Of a stretch of 64,000 bases of DNA, positions 48,160-60,149 are shown in pieces. The notes under the pieces are model-generated. The model did not search any database. It was not told the DNA's origin and saw nothing but the letters and a program-made list of their open reading frames with translations. The translations under genes were made by a program, and so were the position numbers. The stretch is from Selaginella moellendorffii (Eukaryota > Plantae > Lycopodiophyta), in assembly GCF_000143415.4 (NCBI RefSeq), contig NW_003314331.1:1-64000 (forward strand), read 5' to 3'. Within the stretch, counting starts at the first letter, position 1, and every line of letters starts with the position of its first letter.

Positions 48160-50007
48160 ATGAAGTGTCGAGCTATTCTATCGACTTGTTTCCAACGATG
48201 GGTGATCTCGATTTACAGACAAAGCTCAAGGTACAATGAGAAAACGGAGTCCAGCGCGTCTGCGTCTATAGGTGTTCTTCTCGCTGCATCGAAGGCCTGT
48301 CTTGTTACAAGGGACTTGCAAGCTGGGAAGAAAGTCCACTCCGATGCCTCTTACGCCGGGCATGCGTCGGACGTCTTCATCGCGACCACTTTGATCAACA
48401 TGTACGCGAAGTGTGGCAGCACGGTTGATGCTCGGGCAGTTTTCGACAGCATGCCTCAAGACGTGGTCTCGACAACTGCTATGATCCTGGGACACGTAGA
48501 AAACGGGGAGAACGTCCGGGCTTTGGAGCTCTTTTCCGGGATAGTTTTTCGGCCGGACGCTCGAGCTTTTGTTGCTGCTCTTCGGGCTTGTGCTGGATTA
48601 GCAGCCGGCGAGGACGGGCAAACCATTGGAGGGAAGATGGTTAAGCGGGATTCACTAGAGAAAGGAATGGCAGTACACCATCAAGCTACGGAGGCCGGGG
48701 ACGACACCCATATCTTCGTAGCAACGACGCTCATCGACATGTACTCCAAGTGTGGGAGCCTGCTGGATGCACGAAGAGTTTTCGACAAGATGGCTACGTA
48801 CGACGTGGTCGCCTGGAACAGTCTGCTGATGGGATGCGTAGAGAACAGGGAAAGCGAGCTAGCTCTGGTGTTACTCTCGAGCATGGAGGATCTTTCTCTA
48901 GCTCCCGACGCTCGGACCTTCGTCGCATCACTCGGGGCCTGCGCGATCTTGGCCGAGTGCGAAGCAGCGAGTGAAGTTCATGGCCAGCTCCTCAAGGTGG
49001 CGAGCCTGGAAAGGGGCGATGCTCTACACTCCCGAGCAGTGGACTGTGGCCTAGACTTGGACATCTTCGTCGCCAACACGCTCGTTGACATGTACGCCAA
49101 GTGCGGGAGCATGGCGAGAGCTCGCAGCGTCTTTGACAAACTTTGGCACCGAGACGTCGTCTCGTGGACCGCTCTCATCCTGGGCTACGCCGAGAACGGC
49201 GATGCGGAGGTGGCTCTCGAGTTGTATTCGCGGATGAGACGCGATGGCTGCGAGCCCGACTCGAAAACACTGGTGGCGGCTCTGGTGGCGTGTGGGAACT
49301 TGGTGGCGCTGGATGCTGGGAGAAGGATCCACGACGACGCAAGGAGGCTCGAGCTACACAGCAACGTACTCGTTGGCAACGCTCTGGTGGATTTCTACGC
49401 GAAGTGTGGAAGCATGGAAGCGGCCGAGGAAGCTTTCAGCTCGATCACCAGGAAGGATACTATATCCTGGAACTCGCTCGTCACAGGTTACAGCAAGCAG
49501 GGTGACGCCGAGAAGGTCTTGAGTTTGTTCCAGCGGATGCAAGAAGGTGGCGGCGAGAGGATCAAGCCAAACTCCATTACTTTTCTCTCGGTTCTCTCGG
49601 CGTGTGGCCACTGCGGACTCGTCGACAAAGGAAGAGAGATCTTCCAGGCCATGGCGAAGCAGCACGGTGTAGAGCCCGGGATGGAGCACTTCCACTGCGT
49701 GATCGACATGCTGGGACGCGGTGGTCACCTGGAACAAGCGTTGGAGACGATCGAGGCCATGCCTTGGGCAGCCGACGCCACGACTTGGACGATCGTTCTA
49801 TCCTCGTGCCGAAAGTGGAAGAACGCGAGGATTGGAAGGGTGGCGTTTGATCGATTGATGGAGCTGGATGGAGGCAAGGAGTCGTCGACTTACTTGCTCA
49901 TGGCGGGGATTTACGCGAGCGCTGGAATGCGGGCGGAGAAAGAAGAAGTGCTCCAGCTGGCACGCCACGTGTCTAGTGACGTGGACGTTATTACTGACAC
50001 GACATAA
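48160..50007 (+). CDS. PLS-class pentatricopeptide repeat protein, E subgroup (organellar RNA editing factor-like)
   Basis: Single 615-aa ORF with repeated TLIDMY.KCGS..AR.VFD.M...DVV.W, ITFLSVLSACGHCGLV and an E-domain HFHCVIDMLGRGG..W..VLSSC. No DYW domain. Confidence 0.9.
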   Translation: MKCRAILSTCFQRWVISIYRQSSRYNEKTESSASASIGVLLAASKACLVTRDLQAGKKVHSDASYAGHASDVFIATTLINMYAKCGSTVDARAVFDSMPQDVVSTTAMILGHVENGENVRALELFSGIVFRPDARAFVAALRACAGLAAGEDGQTIGGKMVKRDSLEKGMAVHHQATEAGDDTHIFVATTLIDMYSKCGSLLDARRVFDKMATYDVVAWNSLLMGCVENRESELALVLLSSMEDLSLAPDARTFVASLGACAILAECEAASEVHGQLLKVASLERGDALHSRAVDCGLDLDIFVANTLVDMYAKCGSMARARSVFDKLWHRDVVSWTALILGYAENGDAEVALELYSRMRRDGCEPDSKTLVAALVACGNLVALDAGRRIHDDARRLELHSNVLVGNALVDFYAKCGSMEAAEEAFSSITRKDTISWNSLVTGYSKQGDAEKVLSLFQRMQEGGGERIKPNSITFLSVLSACGHCGLVDKGREIFQAMAKQHGVEPGMEHFHCVIDMLGRGGHLEQALETIEAMPWAADATTWTIVLSSCRKWKNARIGRVAFDRLMELDGGKESSTYLLMAGIYASAGMRAEKEEVLQLARHVSSDVDVITDTT

Positions 50008-50306
50008 AATATAATCACGACCAGTTACTACTTGGCTACATGGCGGACACGTTGACAGCAATGGGTGACGCACATTTCCCTGAAATTGGGAGCACACATT
50101 TTGGGTTGTCTCTTTCCCCTAGTGCGCTTGTCTCCGTACGATCATCCACGTGTCACTCATCGAGGCGATCCCGTTTGGGTTGTGTATGTTGATCCATTAG
50201 CTCGCGCGCTAGGGATTCGCATTCTCGCCTGGATCGATCGCTCGATCGGTCCGACGCGCATTGCGATCTCCCTCGCGGCGGCGAATTGGGCTGCGAATTG
50301 CGCGCA

Positions 50307-51203
50307 ATGGATGTGGCCAAGGATCTAACGTCGGGGACGCTGGCGGGCGTGGCGCAGCTCCTCGTCGGCCACCCCTTTGACACGATCAAGGTGAAGCTCC
50401 AGAGCCAGCCCGCCCCCCGCCCAGGTGAGCCGCCAATCTACGCTGGCGCCATAGACGCCGTCAAGAAGACCCTGGCGGCGGAGGGATCCCGGGGCCTCTA
50501 CAAGGGCATGGGCGCGCCGCTGGCCACCGTCGCGGTCTTCAACGCTGTGCTCTTCGCGTCGCGCGGCCAGATGGAGAGCATATTCCGCGAGCGCCCCGGG
50601 CAGATCCTGACCGTCCAGCAACAGATGCTCTGCGGCGCTGGCGCCGGCGTGGCCGTCAGCCTCGTCGCCTGCCCCACGGAGCTCGTCAAGTGCCGGCTCC
50701 AGGCCCAGTCAGCCCTAGCGGCGAGCGGCGCCGCCGGCGTCGCCACCGTGTCGTACGCCGGCCCCATGGACGTCGCCCGGCACGTCGCCCGGAACGAAGG
50801 CGGCGCCGTCGTGGGGCTCTACAAGGGGCTCTTCCCGACGCTCTTGCGCGAAGTCCCCGGCAATGCCGCCATGTTTGGGAGCTACGAGGCGATCAAGCAG
50901 GCCTTGGCGGGCGGGAAGGCGACGAGCACACTCGGGCAGGGGTCGCTGCTAGCGGCAGGCGGAGCGGCGGGAGCGATGTACTGGCTGGCGGTGTATCCCG
51001 CCGACGTCGTCAAGAGTATGATCCAAGTTGACGACCACAGCAACCCAAAGTTCCGGGGGACGCTGGACGCCTTCCAAAAGGTGTACCGCAGCGAGGGGAT
51101 CAAGGGGCTGTACCGGGGATTCGGCCCGGCCATGGCTCGCAGCGTGCCTGCCAATGCCGCCTGCTTCCTCACCTATGAGCTCGTGAGATCCAGCTTGAAG
51201 TGA
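50307..51203 (+). CDS. BOU: Mitochondrial carrier protein, A BOUT DE SOUFFLE-like, intronless
   Basis: KDLTSGTLAGVAQLLVGHPFDTIKVKLQSQP, GLYKGMGAPLATVA, three PX(D/E)XXK signatures and GFGPAMARSVPANAACF. Confidence 0.92.
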   Translation: MDVAKDLTSGTLAGVAQLLVGHPFDTIKVKLQSQPAPRPGEPPIYAGAIDAVKKTLAAEGSRGLYKGMGAPLATVAVFNAVLFASRGQMESIFRERPGQILTVQQQMLCGAGAGVAVSLVACPTELVKCRLQAQSALAASGAAGVATVSYAGPMDVARHVARNEGGAVVGLYKGLFPTLLREVPGNAAMFGSYEAIKQALAGGKATSTLGQGSLLAAGGAAGAMYWLAVYPADVVKSMIQVDDHSNPKFRGTLDAFQKVYRSEGIKGLYRGFGPAMARSVPANAACFLTYELVRSSLK

Positions 51204-51482
51204 GATCTCGCTCAAACATACATAGAGACCGAAAAAACCAAGACGGGAAAAGGACTACCTCATCGCATTCTTTCTTCTTGCAAAGAAAAGGTTGTGTGTT
51301 TCATCATCTTTTTTCTTTGTGCTCGCTTCTTCTTCGTCTTCTCCCTCTTCAAAACAAGACAGGGCTGCCATTAGTTCTCCGGATAAATTGTACCTATTGG
51401 CCTCTTTCGAATCTGTACAAAGTCCCGCAACATGGGAAGTCCTCCTAATTAGGAAACGCCAGCGCTTGTTTGATGGTGCGAG

Positions 51483-54400
51483 CTAGTTGTCTTCTTCCGG
51501 GGCCTCGTGAAGCCAGCAAAGCCACTTGCCAACTTCGCGAATCGCCTATATACAAAGCTATTAGATAACGAAGGAGACGTGCTTTTATAGTCGAGAGTAC
51601 CTGTTCTCTTCCAGGGGTCGGGTCTTTGACGTCGTCCTGCCACTTGAAAAAAGCATTCTCCGAGATAACCTGCACACTCACGATGTAAGTTTCTTTCGCT
51701 TGCCTTGTAAGGTAGGGAGGAAACACTCACCTCGTCCGTGTAAAAACTGTTGAACAAAGCTGTCATTAAGCCGCTAGGATGGCCATGATGATGAGCAAAT
51801 TGTTGCACGGCTACTATGTCTGCAAAAGCATGAAACCAGCCCGTCAGTCGACCGACTATAGAGCACTCGAACTCAAAAGATACAACATTGTCCTTGACTT
51901 GCGCCGGCAGCTTTGGCATTTGCAGCAGTGACTCTTTTCAAAAGGTCCGAGTACTTCCGTGTGCGTTTGAGAGAAGCCTGCACAGGAAAAAAGAAAGAAG
52001 AGATTTTTTCGAAATAAATCCGCCGTAAAATCTCAAGTATACCTCGTAGTCTTCAGAGGGCACAGGATGGACCGTCTGGTTTAAAACCTCAGTCATCAAC
52101 ATGCGTAGAAACCCAGCATTTGTAAACAAAGAGGAAGCGTTTGTCTGTGCATTTGCATTTACCAGTTGAGTAAAGTGAGACCAACTCTGAAAGAATTACG
52201 TACCTCCAGCCATTTCAAAACTTCGGGAACGGACACATTGTTTGCGAATGCATCCTTCAAATAACCCTCGACAGGGAGAACCTGTATGGTCGTAAAATAT
52301 GTCAGCAGAAAACCAATAACATACAAATGGAGCTTGACACTTACAGGGTCCAGACAGAGAAGATTCTTTTTTCTCAAAAACGCCTCGACTTGTCCAGGTC
52401 TAGGATTTAGGACAAAATCTTGAATGTTAACTCCGGCAGCCTTGTACAATCGTAGCATTTCTTCCTCGTTCTTCTCCTTGCGAATAGTGTCCAAGACAGC
52501 ACCAAAAATCTCCAATGCGTCGGTACTCAGCAGTAAACTATCCTTCTCCGCCCCACCCTCTTTTACCAGTTTTTCGACTTGAATTAATGGAAACACATCC
52601 TCCGCAACAAGCTTCCCGACAACGCTTCCTAGGTAGTCAGCGGCTTTCGGAACGTCCACCACTGTGTCTTCAAACACAGAAAGAACAGACGCTATCCTGT
52701 TGATAGATAACAAACTTTAGGAAAAGGAACCTTAAATCTTAAAACATTTGCATACCCTTCTCTCATTTGATCGTAAGTAAGTAGCGCAGGGCTCTGCGAT
52801 CGTAGATGCTTGATGAGCGTCGCCATTAGGTCCCGTTCAACGTCCTTTCTCTCGAAAGATTCCAATATCCACTGCGAAACCATTTTCGCGTGATAGTCAG
52901 GCCTTCCGAGTTCCTCAACGCACTGAACTGCTTCCTTCACATCCCTTATGCTGCACATACATTGGCACTGCATTAGAAACAAAAAATGCACTGGATAGAA
53001 AACCAATACTGAACCTGTAGTACTCTTCAATGGCCAGAGTACTTTTCTTTCTCAGCTGCTCTTCTGTCAGTGCTGGGGGCTGAGAGACTTGTGGTGCAGG
53101 TGTAGGCGGAGTCGATGGCCTTTCTATCGTGGAATAAGCTGCCAGCCGATCACTCGAAGATCGTTCCAAACCACGATACTCCTTCACACCCGGGGCAGCT
53201 GACATAGGCCTCTCCAATATAGGCCTTTCGCCAGCCCCAAAACCAGTACCACCCCTCGAGAACTCATCCCTGCTTATGTAAGGTTCCCTGTTCATACTTG
53301 GTGCAGTACCAGGACGTCGAAAATCCACTTGCATCTTAGGTGGCACGTCGCCTAAAGCACTCCGTGCAGAGGGCCCGGGAGCACCACGCATTGGACCCCT
53401 TCCAAGTCCTCCTTGAGGAACAAACGTAAACTCCTCTGACCTCTGCGGCATCGGCATCGGCATTGGCCTGCTATCCATAAAAAACTGATCTTCTTTTCGA
53501 ACATCCTGCATGTAACGACCTGGCATTCCTCCTCGACCCATCGGTGACATAGCTCCGGGAGATGGTGGTACACGCCTGTTCATACTCATACCGCGAGAAA
53601 ATCTGTCTCGGCTAGTGTGGGCAAGCCGCTCCTGTTGAGCGTCCCTGTGCACCTCCTCAATCTTCTTGGGACCCTCAACCTTTCTTCGCTGCTGCCAGTC
53701 ATTGTTTCTAAGGTCGATAACGTCCTTCAAACCAAATCTCAGTCTAGACGGAAGCTTCGGGTTGTTGGAGAGGTCCAAAATCCTCTCGAAGTAAGCATCT
53801 ATATGAGCCTTTGCCTTGCTGTGATCGATAAGCGAACCGATGGTTGTCATGAGCTTGCAGAGTGCTTCTATATTCTCCTCGTCAGGACTCTGGTATTCTC
53901 CCAAGAGCGACGTGATGCACTGATGCATGATCCGCTCCGTTAGCATGCTCTCCTTGTACAGCTCGCCGATAAAACGGATGTTTCCCAGCATTCGTCTGCG
54001 GGCCTTCACGCGCTTGATCTCACGTTCTTCCGGGGTGATGGCGATACCATCTTCCTCAGTCTTGCCAGCTTCTTCCTCTTCTCTCTTACCACGCTCAAAC
54101 TCTTCCTGGCACTTGTTCAGAAGAACCCGCTTGAAAGTAACTTTCTCCCCATCCTCAGTAAACTCGGGCAAGGCAACCGACAACTGGACACAAAAACGTG
54201 CGTACGTCTCACAAAACGTTGGCTCCATGATGGCTTTGTCGAAAATCTGAGATATCACGCCATTAAGCGTAGCTGCGGTCTCAATCCCCAGGTCCTGAAC
54301 TTGAGCAAACAGCTTCTCGAAGTTTTGAGGCGTGAGCTTATTGAGGATGCCCTTCACCTGCCTTTGCTTGGCGTCTTCTTCGTCAGAAACTTTACCAATC

Positions 54401-56925
54401 TCATAACGCTTCTCTGCCTTGTGCATTGCAGGCAAAGGCGTAGGAGATGGAATGAGACCTTTCTGAGGATGAATCCAGCTGAGAGAATCAACACCACGTC
54501 CCGGAACAATGTGAGGCGGCATGTTGGGAAGCATTGGTGGCGGAAACCTCATCCCTGCTGAAGTGTTACCCGGTCTGAATCCATCAACTCGAATGTCCTG
54601 TGCCCGTCCCGATGGAGTTATAGGCTGCTTGATCCACCTGTCCTCGTCTGCTGGTCGTCGCGGAACTCCCCGGAGTCCCATATCTACTGGCGGGACTAAA
54701 ATAACCTCTATATCCGGCCTAACTTCAAAATCTGGTGGCAAGCTCACATTGTGTTCCCTTTGCGTCAGCAGAAAGTCCCTACTGTATCTCTTCTGTGTCG
54801 AAAGCTGAGTATTGTCGTCCGGCTTGGGTGCCGGAGTCGGCAAGTCGGCAGCATCTTCCCAATCATCCAACTCTTTCGGAGGCTCCACTTCTACTGAAGG
54901 CTTCTTTTCAGCTTTGACTTCCACTTCCTGTTGCTCTGCCGGTACCACGAGCTCATCCTTCTTCTCGTCGGGAGCCTTGTAAGCGTTGTACAGGTCGGCA
55001 TTTGATCCCGCAGCGTCAGCTTTAGCAAGAATCTTTTTCTTGTTTTTCTTCTTACTTCCTTGTTTCACTTCGACGACCACCTCAGTAGAATGTGAAGCGG
55101 ACTCCGATACCAACTTGGGAACAGCTTCCGCAGGTGGTTCCACTTCCAACGCAACCGGGGGAGTTTCAGCATGCTTCTCAACCTCCATCGGCTTTTCGTC
55201 ATTATCGCCATCCTTTTGAGAACCAGCTGCAGCTGCATCGACACTTCCAACCGACTGCTCTATCTCCTGCACTGTGCTATTTTCCGGCGTTGGAGGTGCA
55301 CCAACCTCTACGCTACCTTCAGAAACTGTTGCCCCGGACTCAACGATTTGGTCGGCACTTTCCTGTGGAACATCCACTGCTACGGTTGTGGTGGCAGTAG
55401 TCTCTTCTATGAGCGTCTCTGTAACCGCAGTACTGTCGACAACAGCCTCCGTACCAGCCTCCGCCCGTGCACTATCTAAAAGCTCAGATGGTGTAACTGT
55501 AGTGTCGACATGAGAATCTGTGGGTGGCATTGCCGGAGTCGCAACTTGCGTGCCACGGGGGATAAAAGATGCTCCAGGAGGACCATAACTCCTCTGAGAA
55601 TCCCCCATATTCTGAGGGAAAAACGGCGGGCCTGTCGTTGATAGTGGCGTCGAGTAGTGATTCATACCCACCGACGGCGACGGCCCGGTAAAGTTCATTG
55701 GTCTGATTGGCGGCCCCCTTGGTAAAACTGACGCAGGCAACACCTCTTCTTGCGTTTCCGGATTGACAATCTTCAACGCCCTGCTAGCCCGCTGCACAAA
55801 CGGAAATGACTGACCATGATGTCCCATCATTTGCTGAGGCACGATTGAGGTTCCAACTTGAGAGCCCATCACTGGAGATGGTTGAAACTTAGCTCCGGGT
55901 GTGAAGGCCGGAGGCTGAACTAAATTGTGGTTGTGTTGGAGAACCGGCTGCTGTAAAGGCTGCTGAATCGTGTTCTGAGGTTGAGAGCTGACAACTTGCA
56001 TCGGAATTGGCATGTGTGCAGGCCGAACAGGTTGTGTAGGGGGAAGCGGTGCATGATCCAAAACAACGGGTGGCAAAAGCTTGCCAGCGCGAGAAGCTTC
56101 GTACTGCGCCTAATAGCGCAAAACTTGTAAGCAAAGCACACAAGCAACAGAAAAAAGACTAAGTAAAAACGTACTTGCTCTCGCTTCTGCTCGTCAAGGT
56201 TCGGAGGAGCCGATGTTGTACGAGCTGGAATCTAGACATCCAAGAACAATGAAAACATTGTACAAGAACCAGTCAAAGCTATAGATACCTGCACGCCGCC
56301 ATTAGGCCCCAACCCTCCGGGACTGAAGCTGCCAAATTGAAATGTCATTGCCGGTTGCCGGGCAATATCTTCAGTAAAACAAAAACTCTATGAATCAGAA
56401 CGCCGAGGAACAAGATTAAAGACGACAAACTCACCAGCCTGGGATTTTTCCGGAGTACTCGGAGATAGGGGCTGCTTGCCATTGTTGTGTACTGGCCGCC
56501 TAGGAGCTGGCACAGACACATTACCACCTAGAACATCCCCCATTAAAGAGCAAGTTAACACTAACCAATAAAATACTCACCAGTAGGCCGATGAGTCGGC
56601 TGCAAAATTGCCTCTCCACCATTCGCATTGTTTGTATACTGCTGCCAGTTATTCTTCCTGCGAGCTAGGCATTAAACCCTTCCACTCAAAGAGAAAGAAA
56701 AGAAAAGAGCAAAGAAGGCTTGGCTTACCTCCGACCCGCGCTTCCATGAGCATTGGGACGAGGAGTGGGATGATTAGAATGAGGGGGAGCGCCCGCTGAA
56801 GGGCCAGGCCCCCCACCCTTTGCTGATCCCTGCGTCGCTCGATACACAGCAGCTCCTCCGCGGCCGCTTCCTCCTCTCTTGAGCTGCGATTCAACTGGAT
56901 CCGCCTTCGCCTGATTAGTGGTCAT
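51483..56925 (-). CDS. eIF4G: Eukaryotic translation initiation factor 4G with MIF4G, MA3 and C-terminal W2 domains
   Basis: Start MTTNQAKAD at 56925. TTSAPPNLDEQK, eIF4E-binding KRYSRDFLL, MIF4G KQRQVKGILNKLTPQNF and MA3 LTEEQLRKKS..IEEY. Last exons LFNSFYTDE|VISENAFFKW..GREQ|AIREVGKWLCWLHEAPEEDN* with stop at 51483-51485. Confidence 0.93.
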
Positions 56926-57380
56926 AAATCCAGAGGCCAGGACACGCTTCCCCGCAATTCGTCCGCGAATTCGCGTCGCCTGGAAAACCCTAAGAACAAG
57001 AACCCTGCTCCGGCGCTGGGAATCGCTGCGCCAGACCCTAAAATCACCTCTAGAATCCCGAGATTTCGATCACCGGCGGGGCGCCGGCGTGGAGATCGCG
57101 CCGATCCAGTGGCTGCACGAGATCGCGCTCATGCATCACATCCTCATGGCGACTGCCGCCACAACACGGAGTCTGAGAGAGAGAAATGGAAGAAGAGAAA
57201 GCAAAAACACAGGAAGTAATGCTACCCTATCCGAGCCTCTAGGCTCGGGCACATCCGTACTCCGAGCCTAGCCATCCGCGGTTCGAATCGCCTTCCCGAC
57301 GCGCTTTAACGGCAAAAAGATCGACCACTGGACCGTTGCGCGGCATTTTAGGGTTTAGAAAGAAGAGAGCTTCTTTCGTC

Positions 57381-58611
57381 ATGGCAGTGACATTGTCGTC
57401 GGAGATGGAGAGCTACATGGAGGGATCGATCGCGCATATGGTAGGGCTTTCTTGCGCGGATCAGCAGCTGCGCGAGAAGCTCCAGCTCGCGGAGCGCTCG
57501 CAGCTCGATTTGCAGAGCCAGGTCCACTGCTTGCAAGAGAGATTGCGGGAGATCCAGCAGAAATACAACACGGCCAAGGTAAAATCCGCGAGAAAGATCG
57601 CTGCTGGAGCCGTAATCTCGCGATTTCTTCTCTTTCTTTCTTGCTTTCCAGGTGGAGGCGAGCTTGAGCGCGCAGGCGCTGAAGAGGCAGATCGCCGAGA
57701 CGCAGAAGGTCGCGGAGTATTGCAAGCATCTCAGCGAGGAGTGCTCGCGGCTGGAGAACGAGTGCCTGCTCTACCACAACGATAGGCAGATTTTCATGGA
57801 GGCGGCGGATGATGCCGAGGAGAGGGCCGCGGCGGCGGAGCATCGCGCGGCGGATGAGCTCCGGGAGGAATTCGAGCAGCGGCGGAATCGGATGGAGGAG
57901 GAGCGGCTGGTTCACGACTTGGTGGCTTCGGCAGTGGACGCTGGCGCTCTTAGAGCTGTGGAGCGCGAGAGGGACGCGGCCGTGCACAAGATGAGAGCTT
58001 CCGAGAGGTGCGTCCAGGGATTGTTTGGGGAGATCCAAGACTTGAGGAAAGACGCGAAGCAGTACGAAACCAATCTCAAGAAGGCGGAAGTCGAGGTAAG
58101 AATCGTCCACTTCTTTCTCTTTTCTCTCTTTCGTGGTAGCCTTGTTCTTCGTTTTGTTCTTGTTCTTCCTCCCTTCCTTTTCACTGCTCTCTCGCTTTTC
58201 TCTTCCTTGTTTTTGTTCTTGTTCTTCCTCTCTTCTTTTTCATTGTTCTCTCGTTTTTCCTTCCTTGTTCTTGCTAGTGTTTGCTGACAAGCAATTGTTT
58301 TCTATCCGCAGGTGGAATTTCTCTACCAGGAGAACAACGAGCTCAAGCTTTTGCTGGGAGGGAAGTATCCAGGCTCGACGGGGCAAGCAATCTCACCGCT
58401 ACACATCCAAGGAGTAAGGTTCACGCCTAGATCAAACTCTTTCATTCAAAGCAAGCTCTCGTTTGATTCCTCGAGTTCTACCTCTCTGTGCTTCTTGCAG
58501 ATCAAGTGTCATGCTGCCAAGCCGGGCTGTACGCTGCTAGGCTTGTCTTCCAGACAACCTCTTACACCACTCCGGTCCAATCTCGCCGAGTGGAGACGAC
58601 AATACAGATGA
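57381..58611 (+). CDS. Plant coiled-coil protein of unknown function, 4 exons
   Basis: Exons about 57381-57578, 57652-58095, 58312-58413 and 58501-58611 with GT-AG introns. Heptad-rich, with EASLSAQALK..EC..LE.EC.LY..DR and a C-terminal RQPLTPL. Confidence 0.8.
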
Positions 58612-58877
58612 GAAAAACTTTGCGAGGAGCTCGAGCATCGCCATCGCTGGGAAGCACTGCGAGCAAAGCGAACGACGACTTGTAAATTCATCTGGCCGGA
58701 GGTTTTTGTAGCTCCGGAAGTTTGCAAGGCAAACTTTTTTTGTTGTTACTTTTTTAAAATGACGAATATACTTGAGATGCCTGTGTTGCCCTAATTCGGA
58801 CGGTGTGGATTTGCGCTGGCCGAGCGATGCGTCTCCCGCCAACATCAAGATGAGGGCGAGAGGAATGGCGCCGAGCT

Positions 58878-60115
58878 ATGGCGCCCAAGGGCAAGAAGGG
58901 AAAGAAAGGCGGGGCGCCGAAGCCAGATTCTGGATGGCAGAAGGTATGGCGATCGCGATCTAGGTCTGTGATCGGTGTGATGATTTCTTGAGATGGATTT
59001 GTAGGCGCTTGGGAATTTCAAGTGGGAGCGGCCGCTGGAAGCTTTGCCAGATCCAGCTGCTGCGCCGAATTTTGGGGAAATTCGTGCTACAATCTTGCAC
59101 GTTTGCCAATTGGTAAGCGAATTTTCTTTCACTACCTCCGTTTCTTTTGCTTAACCTTGGTAGACTGTTTGCTAGATTTCCATTCTTTGGAGTAGCAAAG
59201 TGAATGAGGCATTTATCGATGAGCTCTTCAGGGCCTCTCGGCCTTCCTTGGTAAGATCACACAAAGCCAAAACATTCCATTCACATTTTCGATGGTTTTA
59301 AACTCTAGGAGAAGCTAGAGCTCCGTGGAGCGACGTCCTTGGCAAGGTTTGTCATGCCTGACAACATAGCAAACGCTCTCAAGGAGTTGGATCTGTCATG
59401 CTGCACAGCTCTCGAGTATGTTTTCCTTGAGGTACTTCTACGATTTTTCAAGTTTCTTACAGGATTTTTCTTATACTCTCTTTTGGAGCAGTCGAGTTCT
59501 CTGGAGAAGCTATCGCTCGCGAGGTGTGGGAAGCTAAGAACAGGGCACATTGTCGCGCGGGGGCTCAAGGAGCTCAACCTCCACGAGTGTAACGAGCTCG
59601 TAGACCTCATGTTTTGGAGCGACAACGTGTTAATCTTAAATCCTCCTTACAAGGAGAAAGATCGACTGGAACTCTACTGTCTAGAGCTCAAAGGATTCCA
59701 CTGTCCTCCCATGAAGGTAAGTTTCTCTTCCTCCATTCCATCACATCGTTTTAATGTGTGTTCTTCCAAGCTGGGATCATACGTCCTCCAAGTTTTTTGC
59801 TTGCAAATCGTCCTCGAGTGGAACAAGTCCAAGTTCCGCTTGCCAATCGTCCTCGTTTTGCTGCGTTCCATGCCAATGGAAGAACAATCCAGTGACAAGC
59901 CAAACGCTTTTTTTCTTGTTCTTCGTTGCTCTCTTCCGCAGATTGTGAGACCAGTCGTGGAGACTCCACCTCCATTGAAGGAACTCCTCGAGCACGACAA
60001 GGTGGTCGAAAGATATGAGATTGAGCGGAACCGTGTTCTCGAGCCAGGCTTCACGGGATTAGCAGACTTTCCGAAGACACCATACCTGGGATTTAATTCT
60101 TATCGGCTAGCATAG
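58878..60115 (+). CDS. Leucine-rich-repeat (RNI-like) protein of unknown function, 6 exons
   Basis: Spliced reading MAPKGKKGKKGG..WQK|ALGNFKWERP..|ISILWS..|EKLELRG..LKELDLSCC..|SLEKLSLARC..LKELNLHEC..|IVRP..YRLA*, with canonical introns. Confidence 0.7.
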
Positions 60116-60149
60116 GAATCAATCTAGAACTTATCTTTCTCTTGCGAAA

